A stretch of 64,000 nucleotides of DNA from Clostridia bacterium (GTDB lineage Bacteria; Bacillota; Clostridia; Oscillospirales; Acutalibacteraceae), in NCBI GenBank assembly GCA_030526115.1, contig JAUNDK010000002.1, forward strand, positions 29,236 to 93,235, given 5' to 3'. Made by a program: the position numbers and the translations under genes. Of the stretch, positions 59,210 through 64,000 are shown one piece after another (the stretch's first letter is position 1; each line of letters starts with the position of its first letter). Below the pieces are notes generated by a model that was not told the origin of the DNA, searched no databases, and worked only from the letters and a program-made list of their open reading frames with translations.

Positions 59210-60766
59210 CTATTCAATTATTCTGAGGCCCGCCTGTTTTATTTCTTTTCCGCTGTATGCACCTATTAAATCCTCCTCGGGATTAATAAGTATGCCCATG
59301 TAATGCCCCAGCTTTTTCATCAGGTAATTATGAATATTCTCGTCCCCTGTGCTGTACTGCAGTTCCCTCTGTAAAGGGTGACTGTGGGCAAAACCGAGGA
59401 ACACAAGACCGTCTCCGATGAAATCATCACGGTCATCGGAATACGGAAAATTCTTCCTGATAATTTCTGTCTCTCTTACAGCGTGCTTTAATGTATCGGA
59501 GGCAAATTTTGCCGTATCCTCGTTTATTCTTACAGTAAGGGATGGAAATACATATTTCACAACCCATGAATCACCTGTTCTGAAGCCGACAAGTCCCGCC
59601 TGCTGTTCATACATGGAATAAGGATTTCTTCTGCCCATGTGGAAAAGACTGCGAAGTTCTTTATAAGCATCGGGCTCTATGTAAATTACCTCGCCCACAT
59701 CTTCACCGCTTATCTCCGTTATACCGAGTTCGGGATATTTAATCCTGATATAATCCTTATAATCAGCTGTTTTTGAAAAAGTATCTCTGTAACAGAAGCG
59801 TGGTTCGTTCTTCTCGAAGTCCCATGTGTGCAGACTGTCTCCCACGCATTTATCGAAGTATTCACAGCCTTTGCATTTTTCGGAAACCGGGCGGTTTCTG
59901 AAGTACTCAAAACCGTTTTTCCATTTTTCCGAGAATGAATCTGTTTTAATATTACCCTGAATGAGAAAATCTTTTCTCGGCACATTCGGGCACACGAAGA
60001 TATCTCCGTTATACAGCACACTCGCCGCATGAATACCTGCAAAGCAGTCGAAATCTCTGCCCGGAAGCAGATTGCCGAGAAAATGCGGACAGCCCCACAC
60101 AACGGGGGTTCTGTGCTGTGCATTCACTTTTACAATGAAATCCGTAATGAACTTTATATCCTCCGCACTCACGGCAAGATCAAGGTTATCCTCAGCTCTG
60201 CCTATTGGGTCCACTATGCTGGTGCGAATGGAATCAAGCCCTATTTTATCAAGTTCCTCATAAAGTGCCGGGAATTCCCTGACATTCCTGCTGTTTGATG
60301 TGAAAGTTACCTGAATATGGTCGAGAAAATCCGCATCTTTCAGCTTTCTTAAATTGCGCAGTATCACATCATAGGAACCGGGCAGATGGCGCAGACTTTC
60401 ATGGGTTTCTCTAAGTCCGTCAAGGCTTATCGTAATGGTTTTCATACCGCTTGTTTTCATCTTTTCGATGACTGCATCGCTTATAAGAACACCGTTTGTC
60501 ACCATGCCCCAGTCAAAACCCATCCCGGAACCTTCAGTCATAATCTCGAACAGATCTTTGCGCATAAGTGGTTCCCCGCCGCTTATGTTAATCATGACAT
60601 CGGTTCCGATGTTTTCTTTCACATCCCTGAGACACGCAAGAATTTCCTCTGCGGTGAGAAGCTCTTCGCTGTCGATATCACAGCGGCTTCCGCAGTGGTC
60701 ACATTTTGCGTTACATTTCTGTGTTACCTCGAAAAGCAGTACTCTGAGGCTGTAATCTTTAATCAT
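59210..60766 (-). CDS. Radical SAM / SPASM-like enzyme fused to a C-terminal JAB/MPN (JAMM) metalloprotease-like domain
   Basis: 518 aa. CNAKCDHC (CX3CX2C), GGEPL, and the SPASM-like pattern C-x12-G-x4-C ... CKGCEYFDKCVGDS ... C. The C-terminal 160 aa or so carry YEQQAGLVG ... HSHP-x8-STGD. Confidence 0.8.
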   Translation of the reverse strand: MIKDYSLRVLLFEVTQKCNAKCDHCGSRCDIDSEELLTAEEILACLRDVKENIGTDVMINISGGEPLMRKDLFEIMTEGSGMGFDWGMVTNGVLISDAVIEKMKTSGMKTITISLDGLRETHESLRHLPGSYDVILRNLRKLKDADFLDHIQVTFTSNSRNVREFPALYEELDKIGLDSIRTSIVDPIGRAEDNLDLAVSAEDIKFITDFIVKVNAQHRTPVVWGCPHFLGNLLPGRDFDCFAGIHAASVLYNGDIFVCPNVPRKDFLIQGNIKTDSFSEKWKNGFEYFRNRPVSEKCKGCEYFDKCVGDSLHTWDFEKNEPRFCYRDTFSKTADYKDYIRIKYPELGITEISGEDVGEVIYIEPDAYKELRSLFHMGRRNPYSMYEQQAGLVGFRTGDSWVVKYVFPSLTVRINEDTAKFASDTLKHAVRETEIIRKNFPYSDDRDDFIGDGLVFLGFAHSHPLQRELQYSTGDENIHNYLMKKLGHYMGILINPEEDLIGAYSGKEIKQAGLRIIE

Positions 60767-60945
60767 CTTCTCTTCTTACCGAGCAGAAGCTTTTTGATTC
60801 TGTTTGAGGCCGGAGCACCGTAATAAACCTGAGCCTGAGCCTGGGATTCTCCGTTTTTGTCAACTGAGGTCTTTCCGCTGTTGCATCCTGCCAATGCGCC
60901 GAGCATTAATGCAAGTGCCATGATTATTGCTATGATTTTTTTCAT
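60763..60945 (-). CDS. Small lipobox peptide 1 (60 aa), candidate radical SAM substrate
   Basis: MKKIIAIIMALALMLGALAG/C lipoprotein signal. C-terminal VYYGAPASNRIKKLLLGKKRR. ATGA overlaps at both ends. Confidence 0.7.
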   Translation of the reverse strand: MKKIIAIIMALALMLGALAGCNSGKTSVDKNGESQAQAQVYYGAPASNRIKKLLLGKKRR

Positions 60946-61154
60946 GATTCTGTTCTCCTTCTTTTTAACAGATTTAGTTTTGAAATACGCTTTGAATTCG
61001 GACAGCCGTAATATTCCACAAATTCGGATACGGTCTGTTCCTCTGCTTCCAATGGAATTTCGGCAGAGGAGTCATCTGATTTTCTCTCGGCATTACATCC
61101 GGCAAGCAGGGCAAGCGACAGCAATGCCAGTAACAGACTCAGAATTTTCTTCAT
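60942..61154 (-). CDS. Small lipobox peptide 2 (70 aa), candidate radical SAM substrate
   Basis: MKKILSLLLALLSLALLAG/C lipoprotein signal. C-terminal EYYGCPNSKRISKLNLLKRRRTES. RBS AAGGTG lies 8 nt upstream. Confidence 0.7.
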   Translation of the reverse strand: MKKILSLLLALLSLALLAGCNAERKSDDSSAEIPLEAEEQTVSEFVEYYGCPNSKRISKLNLLKRRRTES

Positions 61155-61184
61155 ATTATCAACACCTTTATAAAATGTAAGTTT

Positions 61185-61213
61185 ATTATATTCCTATTTT
61201 ATATCTCTTTCAA
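61185..61213 (-). promoter_or_regulatory. Sigma-70-type promoter of the peptide/radical SAM operon
   Basis: TTGAAA (61213-61208), 17-nt spacer, TATAAT (61190-61185). Confidence 0.65.
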
Positions 61214-61215
61214 TA

Positions 61216-61244
61216 TTGAAAAATATACATATTTCAGATAAACT
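61216..61244 (+). promoter_or_regulatory. Sigma-70-type promoter of the DUF1643/phosphatase-like bicistron
   Basis: TTGAAA (61216-61221), 17-nt spacer, TAAACT (61239-61244). Confidence 0.5.
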
Positions 61245-61267
61245 CTTTATTGAAAGAGAGGGATTTT

Positions 61268-61879
61268 ATGCACATACCAAAAGGAAAATCTCAGGACGAG
61301 AATATTCTGAGTTTTGAAGAAGCGCTTACTCATCGGGAGGACAGCAGTATTTATGACAGAGACAGATGGCTTTATATTCCGGATTTTTACTCCGAGTATC
61401 GTTACATACTGGGCACAAAGGGCAAAAAGCCGCTTATCTGCATAGGAATAAACCCGTCAACAGCGGAACCGGATAACCTTGACAATACTCTTAAATCCGT
61501 GCAGAGAATAGCAGACGGCAACGGCTTCGATTCCTTTATCATGTTCAATGTTTACGCCCAGAGGGCGACAAACCCCGATGACATGGACAAAGAACTTAAC
61601 CTCGAGATGCACGAAGAAAACATGAAGGCTTTTCGCTATATCATGAAGTTCAGCTGTGAAAGCCCTGCCGTATGGGCGGCATGGGGAACCATAATCGAGA
61701 AAAGAAAGTACCTGATAGACTGTGTTGCCGACATGATTAAAATCGGCGAGGAATTCGGCGCAAAGTGGTACAGGGCAGGAAAAGTCAGTGCAAAGGGTCA
61801 CCCTCACCACCCGCTGTATTTGAGAAAAGATTCCGTTCTTGAGCCTTTCGATGTGGTTGGAACTTACAACATAAAGTAA
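61268..61879 (+). CDS. DUF1643 domain protein
   Basis: ATG 61268 behind GAGAGGGA (the track's TTG 61250 would lie at the predicted transcription start). ICIGINPSTA and FIMFNVYAQRAT blocks, recalled as typical of DUF1643. Confidence 0.7.
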   Translation: MHIPKGKSQDENILSFEEALTHREDSSIYDRDRWLYIPDFYSEYRYILGTKGKKPLICIGINPSTAEPDNLDNTLKSVQRIADGNGFDSFIMFNVYAQRATNPDDMDKELNLEMHEENMKAFRYIMKFSCESPAVWAAWGTIIEKRKYLIDCVADMIKIGEEFGAKWYRAGKVSAKGHPHHPLYLRKDSVLEPFDVVGTYNIK

Positions 61880-61885
61880 AACAAA

Positions 61886-62353
61886 ATGAAAAGAGTACTT
61901 GTTAAATCGGTTTTCGATGCTTTCGATTATGTAATGCAGCACTATTACCCCGCAGGGCTTGAGGATCTTGCGGAAAAAACTGACAGCTATGCGGTAATAT
62001 CCATTCAGGATACCCACACCGACGGTTTTGGTCTTACTTTTTCAAAGAGCAGATGCTGCAGAGATGTTCTCACCCTGAAATTTGATGATATTATCCGTCC
62101 TGTTGAGTTTGCGGTACTGTTCTCGGAAGATATGGCAGAAAGCATTATCCGTTTCATAGAGGATAATAAATCCGTCGATACTCTGCTTGTTCATTGCTAT
62201 GCAGGGCAGTCACGATCCATGGCTGTGGGTGCCTTTGCCGTGTGGATGCTCGGCGGTGACAATTCAAAATACTTTGAAGGACACTGCCCCAACGAATATG
62301 TATATGACATGCTGACAACAACATATTTAAGAAAACAGATTTTATCCGAATAA
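61886..62353 (+). CDS. Cys-based phosphatase-like protein (HCX5R(S/T) motif)
   Basis: 155 aa. VHCYAGQSRS active-site-like loop. Starts 6 nt after the DUF1643 stop. Confidence 0.65.
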   Translation: MKRVLVKSVFDAFDYVMQHYYPAGLEDLAEKTDSYAVISIQDTHTDGFGLTFSKSRCCRDVLTLKFDDIIRPVEFAVLFSEDMAESIIRFIEDNKSVDTLLVHCYAGQSRSMAVGAFAVWMLGGDNSKYFEGHCPNEYVYDMLTTTYLRKQILSE

Positions 62354-62396
62354 TCAGCAAAGCTGCGGCTCCATTGTGGAAAACCGCAGCTTATTT

Positions 62397-63323
62397 TTAT
62401 AACTGATATAACATTACCATTAAAGGCATGCTTATTATACTGAGCAAAGTTGTAATGACATTTATCGCACCGGCGTAGTCGTAATCTCTGCCGTAAATCT
62501 GTGCCATCTGGGTTACGGTTGAGGCACATGGTGCTGTGCATGAAAGGAAAGTGACAAGAAGAATCTGCTGTCCGTTACTCAATAGAGTATAAAGCGGAGA
62601 GAATTTCAACACCGCAAGCATGGCAAGGGGGAAAACTATCAGCCTTAAAAAAGTAACGAGCCATGCCCGGTTGTAGGAAAACATCTTCTTAAAGTTCATT
62701 CCGCCGATAATCATACCTATTACCACCATGGAAACAGGGCCTATACATGCGCCTGTGGAGGACATGGTATCAACTACAAGATTTGGAAGTTTAACCTGAA
62801 ACGCAAACAGCAGGGCTCCCACAAACACGCAGATAAGATTGATATTCGTGAGTATCTTCTTCCAGTCTATTTTGGGCTCACCGCTGAAAACTATTCTGCA
62901 GTGGCTGAACATGAGAACGGTCTGAACAGAGAGAAATGCTGTGGAATAGATTATCATCTCGGCACCGAGAACCGATGTTACTATCGGTATAATCAGGTTA
63001 CATGCGTTGGTGTATAAAACAGAGCACTGCTCTATTGCGTCGAGCTTCAACGGCTTCTTGAGTATGGCTATCATCACGAACCACAGGCCGTAGGCTATAA
63101 CCGAGGCGAGGGCTGCGAGAAGAAGTCCGTTTCTTACCTCCACGCTGTATTCCACCTGATAGGCATTGAGGATTACGCATGGTGTCATCAGGTACAGGAC
63201 CACCATGGATATTACCTTTGAGTCCGTACTTTTCACCAGCTTCAGTTTTACCATGAGCACACCGAGGAACATTACTATGAACAGGGATACTATTTTCTTT
63301 ATGAGTAAGAGGGTTATTTCCAT
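62397..63323 (-). CDS. AEC (auxin efflux carrier) family permease, paralog 2
   Basis: 308 aa, the same length as 46559..47485 and collinear with it (M.ITLLLIKKIVSLFI, VTQMAQI.G, MPLMVMLYQL). Confidence 0.85.
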   Translation of the reverse strand: MEITLLLIKKIVSLFIVMFLGVLMVKLKLVKSTDSKVISMVVLYLMTPCVILNAYQVEYSVEVRNGLLLAALASVIAYGLWFVMIAILKKPLKLDAIEQCSVLYTNACNLIIPIVTSVLGAEMIIYSTAFLSVQTVLMFSHCRIVFSGEPKIDWKKILTNINLICVFVGALLFAFQVKLPNLVVDTMSSTGACIGPVSMVVIGMIIGGMNFKKMFSYNRAWLVTFLRLIVFPLAMLAVLKFSPLYTLLSNGQQILLVTFLSCTAPCASTVTQMAQIYGRDYDYAGAINVITTLLSIISMPLMVMLYQL

Positions 63324-63396
63324 TACTGTCTCCTTGAAAGTTTATTACCAATAGATTATACTTTAGAAAGCTACAAAAGAAAAGAGGCAGATTCAT

Positions 63397-64000
63397 TTGA
63401 ATACTCTTACCATAGAAAGAGCGACAGCTTTAAGGGCAAAACTGCATGAAATTCCGGAGCTTTCCCTGAACGAGGACAGAACAAGAAAAGCGATTAAGGA
63501 TTTTCTCTCGGAATATAATCTTGAAGTTCACGAACACGGCAAGGCAATTTATGCCGTATCAAAGGGAACTGAAGCAAAGCAGAACACGGCCTTTCGTGCG
63601 GACTTTGATGCCGTGGCAGGAGCCGACGGCACACCCGGACACTACTGCGGTCATGACGGACACACAGCAATACTTTGTGCTTTTGCCGCCTATGTCTCTG
63701 AGCATGAACACAGGGATAATATCTATTTCATATTCCAGCCTGCCGAAGAAACCGGAGAAGGTGCTGTACTCTGTACGGATATACTCCGTGAAAACAACAT
63801 AGATAAAATTTACGGCTTCCATAATATTCCGGGCTATGCTTTGGGAAGTGTTCTTACAAGGGACGGAACCTTTGCCTGCGCATCCACAGGTCTTGAGATA
63901 AGTTTCACCGGGGCACCAAGTCACGCCGCCTACCCCGAGCTGGGAGCAAACCCATGCACTGCAATATCCGAGCTGATTGTATATATGAACGGACTGCTGA
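63397..64000 (+). CDS. M20-family amidohydrolase/peptidase (5' part; runs off the window)
   Basis: TTG 63397 lies 9 nt after AAAGAGG, with an in-frame stop at 63364. Translation: MNTLTIERATALRAKLHEIPELS...FRADFDA...GHYCGHDGHTA...FIFQPAEETGEGA. Not in the ORF track because no stop falls inside the window. Confidence 0.8.
   Translation, partial: MNTLTIERATALRAKLHEIPELSLNEDRTRKAIKDFLSEYNLEVHEHGKAIYAVSKGTEAKQNTAFRADFDAVAGADGTPGHYCGHDGHTAILCAFAAYVSEHEHRDNIYFIFQPAEETGEGAVLCTDILRENNIDKIYGFHNIPGYALGSVLTRDGTFACASTGLEISFTGAPSHAAYPELGANPCTAISELIVYMNGLL

Noticed and set aside
60787-61016. Possibility that the peptides carry an anaerobic-sulfatase-type (C/S)-x-(P/A)-x-R formylglycine motif
   Set aside because: The aligned position is Cys in one peptide and Ala in the other. 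Neither CPNSKR nor APASNR fits the C/S-x-P/A-x-R spacing, so an anSME-like formylglycine reaction is not supported.
61250-61267. TTG 61250 as the start of the DUF1643 gene (as in the ORF track)
   Set aside because: It would coincide with the predicted transcription start and precedes the GAGAGGGA RBS. ATG 61268 is correctly spaced from that RBS.
1-64000. CRISPR arrays, tRNA/rRNA genes, transposases, integrases, prophage or toxin-antitoxin modules
   Set aside because: Reading the intergenic regions showed no regular repeat-spacer pattern and no cloverleaf-like or rRNA-like sequence. No ORF has recombinase or transposase motifs. The only repeats are gene paralogs (SBP x4, MFS x2, AEC x2, MrpD-type x4).

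Overview
The window is a dense, almost entirely minus-strand chromosomal segment of a Clostridia-type Firmicute. This is judged from EF-Tu, RpoB/C and gene order; no search was possible. Most of it is housekeeping. There is an Opp/Dpp-type ABC importer (two permeases, two ATPases) preceded by four tandem paralogous family-5 solute-binding proteins. Then come rlmH, an MBL hydrolase, murA, plsY, der, a NUDIX gene, a DUF512 radical SAM gene, rpmF-yceD and pgi. Two tandem MFS paralogs follow, then a secreted FN3/transglutaminase-like protein and a Gfo/Idh/MocA oxidoreductase. An FMN riboswitch with ribU sits directly after the rpoB-rpoC-rpsL-rpsG-fusA-tuf block. Further on are MATE, pdxK, HAD and AEC genes, and a 10-gene Mrp-like cation/proton antiporter cluster with four antiporter-like subunits. 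I saw no rRNA, tRNA, CRISPR array, transposase or integrase. The most unusual locus is at 59.2-61.2 kb. Two short lipobox-bearing peptides share a conserved C-terminal motif (YYG-x-P-x-S-x-RI-x-KL plus a basic tail). They are translationally coupled, through ATGA overlaps, to a radical SAM/SPASM-like enzyme fused to a C-terminal JAB/MPN metalloprotease-like domain. This operon diverges from a DUF1643 plus CX5R-phosphatase-like bicistron across a 14-bp perfect palindrome that contains both -35 boxes. Other points worth a second look are a 1.25-kb non-coding gap inside the transporter locus, an untracked 41-aa gene with a canonical promoter, RBS and terminator, and a promoter-plus-terminator leader upstream of rpsL. 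All functional calls rest on motifs I recognise in the translations and were not verified by any search.
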